A stretch of 56,930 nucleotides of DNA, filler included, from Sluysia triapertura (lineage: Eukaryota): assembly GCA_046118255.1 (NCBI GenBank). It is 4 parts of 4 records of this genome, joined end to end, with 100 filler letters (N's around TTAATTAATTAA, not from the genome) between each part and the next. Parts side by side here need not be neighbours in the genome. Positions count along the whole stretch, not along the records: positions 1 to 21,713 come from JBJNIA010250642.1; 3 more parts are not named here. One strand, written 5' to 3'. Every line of letters begins with the position of its first letter. Positions within the stretch are counted from its first letter, which is position 1. The notes below the pieces were generated by a model. That model was not told the DNA's origin and made no database searches. It worked only from the letters and a program-made list of their open reading frames with translations. A program made the translations under genes and the position numbers. This document shows, piece by piece, positions 1 through 13,418 of this stretch.

Positions 1-76
1 TAATTTTCATTTTTGTGTAGCATCCTGGCACTTTTAGATAATTCTCTAAAAATCATGTTGACACTCAAAGGGTTAA
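1..76. mobile_element. Right terminus of a piggyBac-type (TTAA) element, truncated by the window edge
   Basis: Ends ...CAAAGGG|TTAA (72|73-76), the same terminus type as the complete MITE at 22355-22567. Confidence 0.5.
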
Positions 77-272
77 TATATTAAATAAATTGCAACAATC
101 TTTTTTATTAAAGGATAAACAATTTAAGGTTGAAAAAGAAGATAAAAACATGTATAAAGTTACATACTTTAATAAAGTATTGTATAACAATTTCTTAGCT
201 ATAGGCATTTCTTGTAAAGTTTGTTCGTCCACGATTTTTATTTCTTGAATAACATAATCAGATTGTTAAAAT

Positions 273-1170
273 TGTAACGTATAATCTGATAAAATAATAA
301 TTTATGTATTGTCTTAATGATACGTCATGTACTGATTTGAGAAATATAACATTGGTTTGTAGCTTTGTTTTTATAATGTATAGAATAGTCAACACGCAAT
401 AAAATTGAGTCGTAAATAATAGTTTTCATACATAAAATAACTAGTAATTTTTAATTATTGATTTTTTAATCATTTACCTATTATTAATTTTAATATTTTT
501 TCCTTATTTTATGATTTCAGGTATTGTTAAATTTCAGTTTCAGTAGTTAATGCCAAAAATCTGACTTTATTTAAAGCATCTGATACATTTGAAATCAATT
601 CTCGTATAAATATTACTTTGTTTTATATAAAGAATTAATCATTATCTTCATTATATATGCGTGCTTTATCACGCAATTTTTTCATTTGTGTGACATTAGG
701 ACCATTAATTTCGATAGCTTCTTCTCGTTTTACAACTTCATCTGTTTTAGAAGGTTCTTTTACTTTACTACTACTTTCATCAACTTTAGATGCATTTTCA
801 TGATCATGAATAAGATAAAGAACATACATACAAAAAGGAAAGGAAACAAACATATAGAGATTATTGAAACCGAAGCAGTCGTAATATCAAAAATAATAGT
901 AAAAACAATAACAATTACCAAATTATTATAACAATTTAATATTATTATGATAATTATTGCTATTTGGATACAAAAATTATCATGAGAGATTATTATTGTG
1001 ACAGTAATTATGATAACAGTAATCACAAGTTTATGGTAATTATGTATTATGACAGTGTTTATGTTTTAAATGAATCGAGTCACTTGTTTAACATTCTATT
1101 TATGTATGAAGTGTTGATTTGTGATGAAATGTGTTTGTGATTATGAATTGTAGATGTGGAGTTCACTATA
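273..1170 (-). mobile_element. LTR-like element copy A carrying a GRP94 fragment
   Basis: Minus strand starts TATAGTGAACTCC at 1170 (TGTAGTGAACTCC in the copy at 12459). Family motif TGAATCGAGT at 1071-1080. Candidate other end ...GTTACA at 273, with flanks AAAAT (268-272) and ATAAT (1171-1175). The left boundary is tentative. Confidence 0.55.
490..805 (-). pseudogene. HSP90B1: Decayed N-terminal fragment of ER HSP90 (GRP94/endoplasmin)
   Basis: Reads KEPSKTDEVVKREEAIEINGPNVTQMKKLRDK, then across frameshifts MINSLYKTK and IFIRELISNVSDALNKVRFLALT. Compare GRP94 [34 protein letters not shown]...[33 protein letters not shown]. Has deletions, frameshifts and a stop, and no intron. Confidence 0.9.
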
Positions 1171-3512
1171 ATAATTATTAAATTATTAATAATTTTAATT
1201 ATTATTTCATTATTATTAAATGTCTTCTACCATTAAAGTTTTAAAACTGAGATAAAAATTAACTTTTTGAAACTCAATTTCTGTGCTGATAAAGTCTTCA
1301 AAAACAGATCTACGTATGATTAATACCATGTTAATGTTTATCAACTCACGAGCCAAAAGAATTTTCAAATTCTTTTCAAGGTGGTGCAATCAGATTTAAA
1401 TATAAAACTTGTTTAAAGGTTTTTGAATTAACAGTAGCTGAAAAATTAACAGTTTTGTCATAGGCAAGATATAATGTAAAACTCTACCTTTCATCTTTTA
1501 TAAAACCCTGATAAATATTTCCCTTTGAATATATTTATTGTTGATACGTACAATAGCCATCATAAATTTTGATTGCACAATAAATTGTGTTAGTAATTAC
1601 TTCTACATTATTTTGCGTACAATATTATTTAGGTAATTATAATTATACTAGATGAGGGCTGTTGAAGAAAAAGAACAAATTATGAAATTCAAAAGTAATG
1701 GATTAATCTATAATTTAACATCAAAGAAAATACACCTAATATATCGCTGCTTGATGCTCTTTCTTAAAAAACGATTTATAAATCATTTAATTAAATGAAT
1801 TCTAATTGGAGAGCCAATTAGAATTTGGTTTAGTTGAGAGCAAATTTACCGTGTAAGTATTAAGAATTATTAAACAATTCGATATAATCAGTCACTTTTT
1901 CAATAGATTATTTAGAAAATTCCAAATATTTAACATTGAGTAACACTATTGATTTAAACAAATCATCCAGGAGAATGCTCCTTTTCTGCCCTAACCCATA
2001 GAATTATTTAACTTATGAAGAGCATATTAGAACAATTTACTTATAACGACTGCAAAGTCGCCATGAAGAACTTTATATTACATTGAAGCAAGATAAAACC
2101 ATAGAATTTTGATATACTCAATGATTGATAGGATTGGAGTTGAGACAGCAATATCATTACGCATTTGGCTCGATAGTTCACCAGATATTATATGTAATTA
2201 GATGGGTGGAATTTAAACGCTAGATAAAGACAAGACATTCGGCATAATAAATTAATCTAAAATGATTAAAGTGTAAAACACAACAATGAGTTGGGTCGAG
2301 TTAATAGAAAACAATGGTACTGAAACTTGTTATCGAATACCCTGAATATCGCAATGGTTACGTACATAACTAAAATCATATTTAAAATTCAAAACATCTC
2401 TAAGAATTGCTTTATTTCACATTGACCTTAGACAGTATCATGTTCGCTGAGGTAGCCGAATGTACGAACAATATCAAAATCAAGGGTAACTAATGCGCCA
2501 AATACACAATAAAGTGTCACACTTACCATTAAAAATAATATAATTAGAATTTTCTAGACAAAATAAAAACGAATACTACTTTCTTATATCATTAACGTCA
2601 ATGTTTTTATCATTAGTATTGTTGTACATTTTAGTATTATTATATTCAATTTTAAAAATTGCGTAGCTCATTAAGTAATTATTGTAATTTAGATTTAGTA
2701 AGGAAGGTCATCCTTAAAATTAATATTTAAAATACTAATTCTAAATTACAATAATAATTTAATTAAATTTATTCCTTGATAATTTCTTAATTAAAGGGTT
2801 TTGATACCAATGTAATAAAGTTATATTCTATGTACACATGTATGAAATCATATCTACTCTAGAATTTAATGCCTTCCAATTTAAAACAAATAGGCTGGCA
2901 ACAAGATGTTTATTTCGAATTGTTTTATTAGAAAGACTAAACACTTATTTGATTTACGTAGAAGTGGTTCATTTCGCACATCTTTTCAAACTGCTTATTT
3001 GGTAATAAATTATAAAATATTGAGTGCTAATTATGTTGTAAGAAGTCTAGTCACGCCATTTTCTTTTGAATTAGAGTCAATTCGAAATCAAGCAACTTAA
3101 TAAAATTTAAAAGTGTATTGGTATTTGTCTTTATTTCTACGAGAAAAACCATTGTTGCAAAATATGGTATTATAATATCAGTACCGCAGAGTAAAATATG
3201 TTCACACTAGTTCAGCTCATTCATTAAGACCATTCAAATTACAATGACAGCTTGTTAAAACGGCGTTACAAATACATCACCTCGTTAAACATAATTATAT
3301 AATTATGGTTAATGGAATACAGATTATTCTACTATTGTCCTTGACTAGGTTAGAATTTTTGAACAAAATGTTTATGATCCTGTAGAAGAAAGTGTAAAGA
3401 AAACTAAAAAAATACTAAGAGAAGGATGATAATAAAATAACACTGAGTAAAATCGAAGTTAAAACAAAATTCTAGTTGTTCGTTAATTTAATTTATTAAT
3501 TCATGTAATAAC

Positions 3513-3893
3513 CTGTAAAATTCCCGTAGATTCACGCAATCCATGATTACCACCAAGCGCAAACCGTACGCCACACTTACGCTTCATATTATAAACATAC
3601 ACTGGACATAAATTATGCAAAGGTCGATGATGAATACCGATAAGATTATTGCTTTTTTCAAATGTATCTTTGTATTGATTAGAAGCTGAAATTAAACTTG
3701 ACCAATCAATTGATCCCTTTATTGGATTGGTACGATTTGGACCGTAATCGAACAATCGCATAGCATCGTTGAGAAGTATACCGGAGTCAGTAAAAATTTT
3801 TGAACCAAACTTGGAGCCTAAACTGACCGTTAAAGACACATAGAGTGAATGTGAATCTAATGCTGATATATGGACTCCAGTTTGCCGGTCAAG
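3513..3893 (-). CDS. GGT7: Internal exon of a GGT7-like gamma-glutamyltransferase (light-chain region)
   Basis: TGVHISALD...SKFGSKIFTDSGILLNDAMRLFDYGPNRT...RPLHNLCPV...CGVRFALGGNHG...GILQ aligns with GGT7 TAAQVLIMG...PFGSGLITPSGILLNSQMLDFSWPNRT...RPLSFLLP...CGTYLALGANG...GLTQ. Acceptor tttcag at 3894-95; donor CAG|GT at 3511-12. Other exons were not identified. Confidence 0.85.
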
Positions 3894-6226
3894 CTGAAAT
3901 AACAATTATTCAATTAAATTTTCTTTATTTTCTATAAAAGTGCTAAGGTAAATAAATAAATCATGTCGTCTAATAGTATTAACCAGTAAAACCTCCAATA
4001 TAAATTAACAGATTGTTATATAAAGTATAATATCAATAGATTATTAGCAAACGATTACAAAATTAAAGTTGTAAAATTAAAATTGTATATCAGTATAAGC
4101 ATGTAAATTATAAAAATTCGGATACGGAACACAACTATATTTGCTACAGTAGGGACAGAAAACCAAAATATCTAGAAAACAATATATTAAACTTAATTAC
4201 AAAGTCCATACATACTTAAATTAAAATTACTGAATTAAGGGATCGTATCTCATTGCTTTGACTATGATGCACCTTTAAGTAAGCATCTTTTCTAGGTTTG
4301 GAAAAATTCGAAATTTATTTATGGCGAATTTAACAAGTAGCATTTATGCGATTATGCAAACGATCGCTCTCCAGAAGGTAGATAAAACTCCGTTAATCCA
4401 ATTAGATAACTGTATTAATATTCGCTTATAAGAAAATTTCAACAGTTATAATGATATTTTTATGTATTTAAACATACTTAAATTTAAATATTAAACAAAC
4501 TAAAAGGGAAAACATGATCCAACATTTACATGCATAAAAATAGTATATAATGAATTCAGTCAGCTGAAAAATGATTACTTTCAGCCTTATTCAGGATTCA
4601 TCACACATTCGATATTACGTTTTACTCAAATGAACAATTACCCGATATTGTTAGGTGTCATCACATCCGCTATTAAAATGAGTAATATTAATGATAATGA
4701 TTAAATGAGAATTATGATCAAAGTAATAAAAATAACTAATAATAATATCTAAAGAGAAATTATTATCTTGTTTTCTCATAAAATACACAATATTCGGCAT
4801 AATCAAATAAAAGAAAACATTGGCGAACATATTTATCAAAGTTAATTTGTTTTTTCCAATTGATAAATTATTCTATATTTGGAATCAATTTTTGTATTTT
4901 CAGTGAGTTTATTTATTATAAGTTTATCAATTTCATAAAGAAATCTTAAAATCATACTCAAAATCTATCGTATTGTTTACTCCCGATTTAATGAAGGAAA
5001 CTTTTAGTAACAAAAATTAAAATTACAAAATTAGAGTCCAATAACTTTAATTGTCAATTTTCATTTTGTTTTATTAACTTAAATTACTTTGAATTATTTA
5101 TTAACACAGCAAATTTTTTAGTATATTATTTGAGTATTTACTTAAAATTTTAAGTTGTTGATTGTATCCAACTCGTATTTAAACTATTTTACATTTAGAA
5201 AAGATATTGCGGAAAACTAGTAACTTAAACAATTGGTAAATATTCTAATCGATATTTGACTGTCGATTATTAATATTCGGGTTCCCTTGGGAAATATCGA
5301 ACATCTAATCCTATCAAAGATCGTTTGATGTACTACTGATCTGATAAGTTTGATGAAATCGACGTGAACTATAAGAGAATCAATATAGGATTTATCAACA
5401 ATAAAATTTGGTCAAAAAATGGCAATTAAGGTTTTAATTTTATAAAACAAATTAGACTTTTAAAAAACAGAATCATAATTTTGGGTGCCCAAGAAAAAAT
5501 GTGCGTAGTATTTTTTTAATTTACTAAAATCAATAACAGTTATTTTAATTTTACAAATCTCAAACGATATCAAGCAAATAATTCGCATCTGCATAATGAT
5601 GTTGTCTATAGAGTTACTTCAGATTTCTTTGAAGACAGTATTTTAAAATTAAATCCATAAAATGATATGTCTTTACTCTTCAGTAAATAATGCAAATCAG
5701 TTTTTAACTTTATCATCTGTGTTACTTACTGAACCACGTTGCGTGTTATTTGAAACATTACAAGTCGCTATTTCTTCTTCAGGTACTGAAGCATTTTCTC
5801 GATTTTGATCAAGTTCAAAAAATAGTTCCATTTGAATTCGAAAAAATTTTCTTTTAAAATGTGATTACTATCATGTTTTAACCTTTTAGCAATTTCAAAA
5901 TCAAATGGTTGCAACTTAGCAATGCATTTTCTACAACCACACAAGCACTTTCGTTTAAAATAGCTTCATTTAAAAAATGTAGATCAAATTTCTTATCCTA
6001 AAAATACATTTAAAATAAATTTTTGAATTTTTCGAATACTATGTTACAATAATATAAAAAAGCATTTAGTAAAATAGTAATAATAACTATTAAATTACTA
6101 ATAAAAATATCAATTTTGTCAGAACATAGAGCAATAAAGATTATACCAGAAAGTGTAATTATATTTATGAATTTGTCATAAATGTAATTATATTGTATTA
6201 TTATATTATTTTTAAGAGATAGCAAT

Positions 6227-6355
6227 NNNNNNNNNNNNNNNNNNNNNNNNNNNNNNNNNNNNNNNNNNNNNNNNNNNNNNNNNNNNNNNNNNNNNNNNNN
6301 NNNNNNNNNNNNNNNNNNNNNNNNNNNNNNNNNNNNNNNNNNNNNNNNNNNNNNN
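6227..6355. other. Assembly gap (N run)
   Basis: 129 N. Confidence 1.
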
Positions 6356-6399
6356 AGTACTTCAAAGTACCAAAGCCTTCACTTTTTAAGATCAATAAT

Positions 6400-6795
6400 C
6401 AATAAAGCACTAAGAAACAAATAATATAAATAGTATTATTTACGTAATAATACTACCTAATTACAAATAAATATAAATATATACGTAATTACATAGAGCC
6501 ATGCATACAATCAAAAGGGAAGTGAAAGGTAAGATAAATGTAATAATAATAAAATTATAATAACAATTGTAAGATTTAAATTATAATTTAATTTAAGGTA
6601 ACGATGCTGATAGGATTACGATGATATGAAATTATTATGTGAGTTATTATTGTAATAGAGATTATGGTAACAATAAACACAAATAATGATAAATATATAA
6701 TGACTGTTTGTTTTTTGAATGAATCGAGTAATTTATTTAATGTTTTGTTTATGCCCATTTTTGAGAAACGGAGCGTAAATGAGTTGTGAACGAGA
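6400..6795 (-). mobile_element. LTR-like copy B, directly 3' of a gypsy integrase end (probable 3' LTR)
   Basis: Shares TGAATCGAGT(A/C)A(T/C)TT(A/G)TTTAA (6720) and the AAAAGG(G)AA block with copy A. Boundaries approximate. Confidence 0.6.
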
Positions 6796-6846
6796 CCTTT
6801 TTAACATTTTGCATTGATTTCAGTGGCTCATTTTGCAGTAATTGAT

Positions 6847-7200
6847 TCAATAGTTTTCTTTATCATCAATTAGAATTGTCGCTGGCTTGATCATGCACCA
6901 ATTTACGTTTCTTTGTAGTCCAGCGATTGAAATGATTGCAGTTTGTTTATTTGTGGAACCTTGTACGGGCCAGTAATCTCGGCTGCAGAGAATTAGGATT
7001 TTCAACAATCCGGTGTACATATTCACTATCGGTGATACTTTTTTGAATGCATACATGTGGTGAATTATTATGTACTGGTGAGTTGTAAGTTGTAGCAGTT
7101 AGTAATATTGGTATTCTCGCGAATGTTGCAACTAATATCACACTAAATGAGATAAGATTAGAGCATGAAATACGATTAGATGTGTAACTATATGAAATAT
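6847..7200 (-). mobile_element. Frameshifted C-terminus of a Ty3/gypsy-type integrase (GPY/F domain)
   Basis: Across three frames: EYVHRIVENPNSLQPR / TGPYKV (6957-6974) / NKQTAIISIAGLQRNVNWCMIKPA. This matches the pattern YV...LQPxYxGPYKV...TxxIxxxG....V...R/IKPA. Confidence 0.75.
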
Positions 7201-8344
7201 TAAACATATGGGTTTCGTTTTACTTCATTTTGCATACTTGATGTTAAGATATGTATAATTATATTGTCTTCAACGATATTTTATTGAAAATCTTGATTTT
7301 ATCTTAGCTCAAAAGAATCAACCTTTTTATTTTTGATGTTCTAATATGTTTAAAAATTGTGTCGAGTTTCACAAATTTTATACAAATATCATTTCAACTC
7401 CTTCGATATGTAAATAATCAAGCTCTAAACATTATGTTTCAATATTCGATCATGCTGATGCAGACAGACTAGCTGTCAAACTGATCAAACTCATATTAGA
7501 AAATCTAAAACAACTTCATGTCATAAATATAGGTATAATTATATTTTTCATGCTGTTTTTTACAACAATTTTAAATAAAGTTTGGATTTGTTTGTTCAAC
7601 TTATTCGTTTTTAAATTGTTAATGGTTATAAAGTTTTCATTAGTTTATATAATTATTTGTATAACTAATTTAAAAATAAAATAATAATTTTCAGTAGTTT
7701 TGTTAAATTTAGAGTTTATAATAAAAATCAATAAAATCAATAAAGAATTATGCTATTGTATTAGTAATAGTGCAATTTCTCAATATGAAAACATGGCATG
7801 GGAGAATATTGATCTCATAAATCAATAATATTTTCTTGATATTGTAAATAACAAATGTAAATAAAGAATGTAAATAATAAATATTAAATGTACTAATTAA
7901 TAAATGTAAAAGTACAAATAAGTAATTAATTAATTTGGTTAATTAGAAAACATTTTTTAAAAAAAAAAACTAAAACAATTATTATCAATCTTTTGAAATT
8001 AGCTGATAAAAAGTAATTTTTCATTTTAAAAAACTAAAACAATTATTATCAACATTTTTATCAAAAGTTAACTTATTTACATTTAATTAAAATAATTTTA
8101 TCTGCATTAATAACGTATTAAAATTTTTAAAATCTTTTCTATTCGACACGTGTACAATTTATTAATATAAATAGACAAACATTTTTTCACTCACACATAA
8201 GCTAGAAGATATACTTTTCTTTAAAAAACTTTAACAAGGAAAACAGTTAACAATTACGGAATAATTTGGAGATATTGGACAATTCGAGAATAAAAATATA
8301 TTTCGTTGGAAAGGATATACATTTCGTTGAAAAGGACTAATTGT

Positions 8345-8497
8345 TAAAGGATCAGTTTTGAAAAATTTACTTTGGAACAGTATTGAAAAATTACGTTGGA
8401 TCATTTTTGAAAAGTTTATTTTGGATCATTTTTGGAAGTTCACTTTGGACCAGTTTGTTCTCATTTTGAAAATTCACATTGGATCAGTTGGGGAATT
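8345..8497. repeat. Degenerate tandem repeat, unit ~24-25 bp (TTGGATCAGTTTTGAAAAATTCAC-like), ~6 copies
   Basis: Recurring ttgga(t/a/c)ca(g/t)t..tgaaaa units. Confidence 0.75.
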
Positions 8498-10964
8498 CAT
8501 TTTTTATTGAGAATAGTCATTCCAAATCGAGTTTAATTTCTGACGAAAGGATCAAACAAAAATTTGTAAAAATCAGTAAGCTATTTCTACTAAGTTTATA
8601 CAATAATATAGTTGTATCAAAATCTAACTTAAATTCATTGCACTTTACACTCAAGTATTACACTTGAGTCAAAATCCTTATAAAATCATTTACTGTTAAA
8701 ACTTTAGGAGAAAATCCTAAATAATTTTGAATTGTTTATTATTATTATTAGTTATATACAATTTTTGCATATTATTTATTTGTTTGAATTCTTGTAGTTT
8801 TTGTCATTCTTATTTTTGTTATTAATAAAACTTCATAGGATACCACGCGTATCATTAGTATTGTTATTTTATTTTAAAGGATAAATTTCATTTAAATTTA
8901 CTTTAGTGTAATTAAGAAGACCCTCAAGTTAAGGCTAAAAAGAATAAGGAAAACTTTACGCAGCAACTTTCTAATAACCTATAATTAAGTCTTCCGCTTA
9001 AATTATAGGCGAAACGTTAAGAATAAATTTATAATTGTTAGATATTTAAGGTTAAAATCTGAACAATATGGTAAAAAGTCTTCTTTTCCAATGCTTCTCT
9101 TTGATACGTAACATAAAAGTGTTCTAATACTTTATTAAACGTATTTTCCATAGAACTAGCACGATAACTTCTAGGTGGAATACTGCATTTGCTATTAGTG
9201 CTCCTGAAATCCATTCTACATAATTATGACAATTTTGATGATTTTGAGATTTCGACATATTTTCTTCTACTCGTGCAGACAATGACCTCGAAATAAAGAA
9301 GCAATTGTAAAATATTTTCCAGCCGTTGGATTAATATTTACCACTATATTGTTTCTAAAAACATGTGATTAATCATATCTGTAGTCCGATAAGTGTAATA
9401 TTGATTAGCACTTCTTGGTATAATAGGCGCAAATACCAGAATAAGGAATTGTAGTCGTGGGAATGGAATCGTACTAAATCGACATTTAATTGACCGGAAA
9501 ATATTATGCATATCGTTATGACAGATGCTGCAATACTAATCAAATAACTTATTGAATAAGTTATTGAAGATAATCTGAAACCATTGTTACAAATATTGTG
9601 CAAAGCTTCGTTGTCAAAACAAAATGTTTGATCTGATTTTGTAGTTAAATAATTAAATAATATTATTTAATCTTATATTTTTTATGCGCAGATTTCCGTG
9701 ACATTAAAACTTAAATAATTGAAGCTTAATCCTACATATTTTGTAGTATACTCTCGAGTAATTTACATAATTCATTTGATGATGAAATAATATTTCATTA
9801 TAATTTACATGCAATCCATTATCGTTACCATAATCATTGTTATTGCCTATAATGGTATTATCATCATCTACATATCCTCACAAATTTCGAATTTTCTCTG
9901 ACGCTTCAGTATTTTTTTCGACAAAACTCTGTTATAATATTTTTTCCTATAATACTAATTAATTTTCGTTTCGATTTAGTAGTCGTATTAGTCGAAGGTA
10001 GGATCACAGTTTTAGAGTTAATTCGTTTGATGTTCGTTAAATTTTGTTTAAATACCAATAACAAATCTTCAGTATTCGTTTCATCAATGTTATTAATACT
10101 TGTAGATAACTCATTCATATTTAACCTTCCATCATTTTAAGTTGAGTAGCAATGTTTATCGGTTTATAATGTGGAGATTTAAATTTCGTTATTGCAGGTT
10201 ATTTCAGACTTGGGATATCAATGAAGTATGGTTTCTTATCTTTGTTTCATAGATAAAATAGTTTAGCTTCACCATAACTATTTTGTGTATAAAATTTGCA
10301 CTGAAAAGCTGATACTTCTTTGGAAAAACTTAATGATTTCTTTCGAATATCTCTATATATATTTTCATGCAACCAAAGTCAAATGATGAAGAACTTGATC
10401 AATTTGAATATTCAGGGCTTCCAAAAGAGCCTTTTTTAAAGTATCGGCCAATTATTGATCATAATATGAATAGTTATAATCTTTTACATGATTGAATAGC
10501 AAATTCCAAGTAATAAGTTTGTTCATTATAAGAAAAGTAAGATGTAAAAATCACATGAACTAATAAATATAACAGGGCTAGTATAAACAAGTACATTATA
10601 ATATATTGTAGACGTATTAGAAGAATGAGTTTCCATTATTCCATCAGCATTTTTAGTAAAAAAGAAAATATTGCAATTTATTGTTTGTTCGAAAGTTAAA
10701 AATGAGAATTTCCTTAACGTGATTGTTGTCATAGGAACTAAAGTATAAGTAAATTGTAAGGTATTTGAAGTGTGTGTGGTTTAACTTGAGGATTTAGTTT
10801 AATATATTGTAGATGGCTAATTTTGTTAAAAGTTAATTTTATAATAAAGTTTAGACAACTTTTACTTTATGAATTGATTCATTTATTTAATTATTTATAC
10901 ATTTTCTATATTTGTAGTTATTTTAAATATTAATTTTGTGTTTTGGTTGTTAATTACCTTACGA

Positions 10965-11700
10965 CTACCAAAAAAGTATATATGCATTGGACACAATGTG
11001 GGTTAATTGAACCCATAAAATAACAAAGTTGATTTTTTCATCTTTTAAATATTGGTCTACTATATAAAAAGTCAGGAAGTCAAAATAAAATAAGTTAATT
11101 TGAACAACGGAATTAAATTTATAACTAATTTTATATTGAACGATAAAATAACAAATAAATATCTTTACACATATTAGATGAACCAGTGGATATGTTAATA
11201 AAACGTCTAATCCGAATAATTGAGTATCTTTGGTATATAAATCGGTCATTGTTTTTGATATTAAATTATAAATTATATTGATTGGAGTAAAAAACATTTC
11301 AGAAATGTTAATATATTCATAAATCGTATTGTTTAATGTATCAGAGCGCGACGTAACAGTTAGACAAGTAGGAGAAAATTGTTGTATGCAAAAACTCATT
11401 TGAATCCAGATATCTAATTAGTATTTGTGGATATCCACTATTTTCAACTGATTGTGATAGAACACTATAAAACTTCTTGTAATCTGATAAAACTGTTTGT
11501 TGATCACAATATTAATAACGAGAAATAATCCAGTTGATTCACTAAATCTACAAGTAAAACCAACTTGTCTTGTACCTTGATAAATCATCGAATCAGCGTA
11601 ATAAATATAACAAAATGTGCGTACTTCTTTATTAAGTACGAATTTGTGTGTTACTATTGCAAATAATAACTAGCAATGTCATATAAATAATCAGATTCAT
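10965..11700 (-). pseudogene. Frameshifted relic of a signal-peptide protein, possibly paralogous to the 55651 membrane protein
   Basis: ATG at 11700 gives MNLIIYMTLLVIICNS. After frameshifts: NKEVRTFCYIYYADS...FTCRF, ...ILIRYLDSNEFLHTTIFSYLS, ISEMFFTPI, LICVKIFIC. Compare NKPLTDRFCIIYTNS...LKCQM, LVIKNIIFEHLTRNDFKGIS, INPDTF, INCVQNLIC. Confidence 0.45.
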
Positions 11701-12149
11701 TTTATGATAATTGTTCATTGAACAACGTAATCAATAATAAAATAATTATGTTTTTAGATTTTTTACCTTAGCATTATTTAACATATTAACATTATTATTA
11801 ATATGTAAACAGACATAACTTGAATTATGAAATCGTTTCATTTTGAATTGAAAACATTATTTAACCATTGTAAATTAAATAACTGAGTACTATTGATAAA
11901 TTTAATAAATTTGTGATTTTTAAAATCTTTTGAATTTCCTTTTAAACACGAACCATTATAAATCATATATGATGCCTCGAAATTGAAAATTGGTGTAAAA
12001 TTATGTTATTATGATATAATATAAATTTTGCAAATTTTCAGAAATATTATAATGAATGATTTATTTTAAACGATTTTAAGTACTTAATGAAATTTTTTTG
12101 AAATTACTTTAAAAAAGAGCAAAATTCTTTTTGTTTCAGAATTATAATG

Positions 12150-12459
12150 AAAGATATCGATAGCAGTAATACGAATAATGGTGATAAAAATACCAATAAT
12201 AATAAGCTATGTACACTTGCACAGAGATACAATAATAGTGATAAAATGCTAGGAACGACGAAAAGGTATATAAAAGCAATTGCAACAATATATAACAGAT
12301 TTATAATATAATTTAACGATAATAAAACGGATTTAGACAATTACAAATTATTGTGAGTGTGTTTATGTTTTGTATGTATTGAGCAGTTTATTTAATAATT
12401 TGTTGATTTGTGTTGAAGTTTGTTTGTAATTGTTAAGAGTTGCTTTGGAGTTCACTACA
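12150..12459 (-). mobile_element. LTR-like copy C (5' arm)
   Basis: Minus strand begins TGTAGTGAACTCC at 12459. The adjacent ~150 bp resemble 1020-1170. Confidence 0.65.
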
Positions 12460-13418
12460 AATATTTGTTATAAATCTATAATTCTAAAAATGTGTGTTGT
12501 AAGTGAATAAATGAATTCTAATGTAATGTAGTGTTATATATACAAATGAATGTACAACTGAATTTATATAATGAATTTATACAGTAACAAAAAAATAGAA
12601 TGAATTCTAAAGCAATTTAGTGCCCAAATAAATATTCTAAATGCAATATAAGCTTAAATGATTAATTTGATTAATTAATTTAATCAATGTAGAAAGTATT
12701 AATGCCAATGAGGAAAGTATTAATTGTATTTTAAGAATTATAAGTTAAATAATAAAAGTATTTAATATTATAATTAAAATTAATATTTTAATGAAATTAA
12801 TTAACTTATTAAATTCAATATTTAGTAGTTTAGTACAACTGAAAATATACAGCGGAAATTGTTTAATTCGGGAACTTAAAGAATTTAAATATCTAAATGT
12901 ATATAAATACATTAAATCAGTAAGCTTGATTACAATTAAAATAGACAATTTTTTAAAATCTTGACAGGAGATAAATTTGATTGCGACAGGAATTAATTTG
13001 CAAAAGGAAAAACTGTCGCAGGATTGGAACAAGGATCACTATTGCGTTTTTAGTATTATCAATAAAATTTCAATAAATGCTTTTATCCCAAAATTGACCA
13101 TAGATTATCTTAAATCTTACAATTTTTACTCTAATATCTATTCAATCAAAATATTATATTTCGCATTCAGATTAATAAGAATAATTTAAAATCACAAAAT
13201 CGAAAAAAAACAAACAAAAAAATTATTAATTTAGATTTTAACGATAATATCACTAAGTTAACTACGAATAACTAAATAAAGAAAAATCACAGCAATCTTA
13301 TAATAATATAAATACAATTATCCGATAAATAAACCTGGGGAGACGCAACTATCACTTGCTAAAACTGTTGTAAATATATTTATTTATCTTATATGAATAT
13401 TATAAGTTAAAATAATAC

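Noticed and set aside
686-1026. Ile/Thr-rich ORFs (also 12104-12340, 46880-47113, 54657-54950)
   Set aside because: Low-complexity translations of the ATT/AAT-rich repeat arms; no evidence of coding.
1290-1410. Possible integrase core words (KSD, KEFENSF, HGINH) on the minus strand
   Set aside because: Scattered over different frames and too short to support a call.
5680-5995. Post-SET-like KCLCGCRKC on the minus strand
   Set aside because: No SET motifs upstream, and stops and frameshifts around it; a single short motif.
9000-10500. Decayed coding-like region (hAT- or LINE-like words)
   Set aside because: No ordered set of diagnostic motifs could be assembled.
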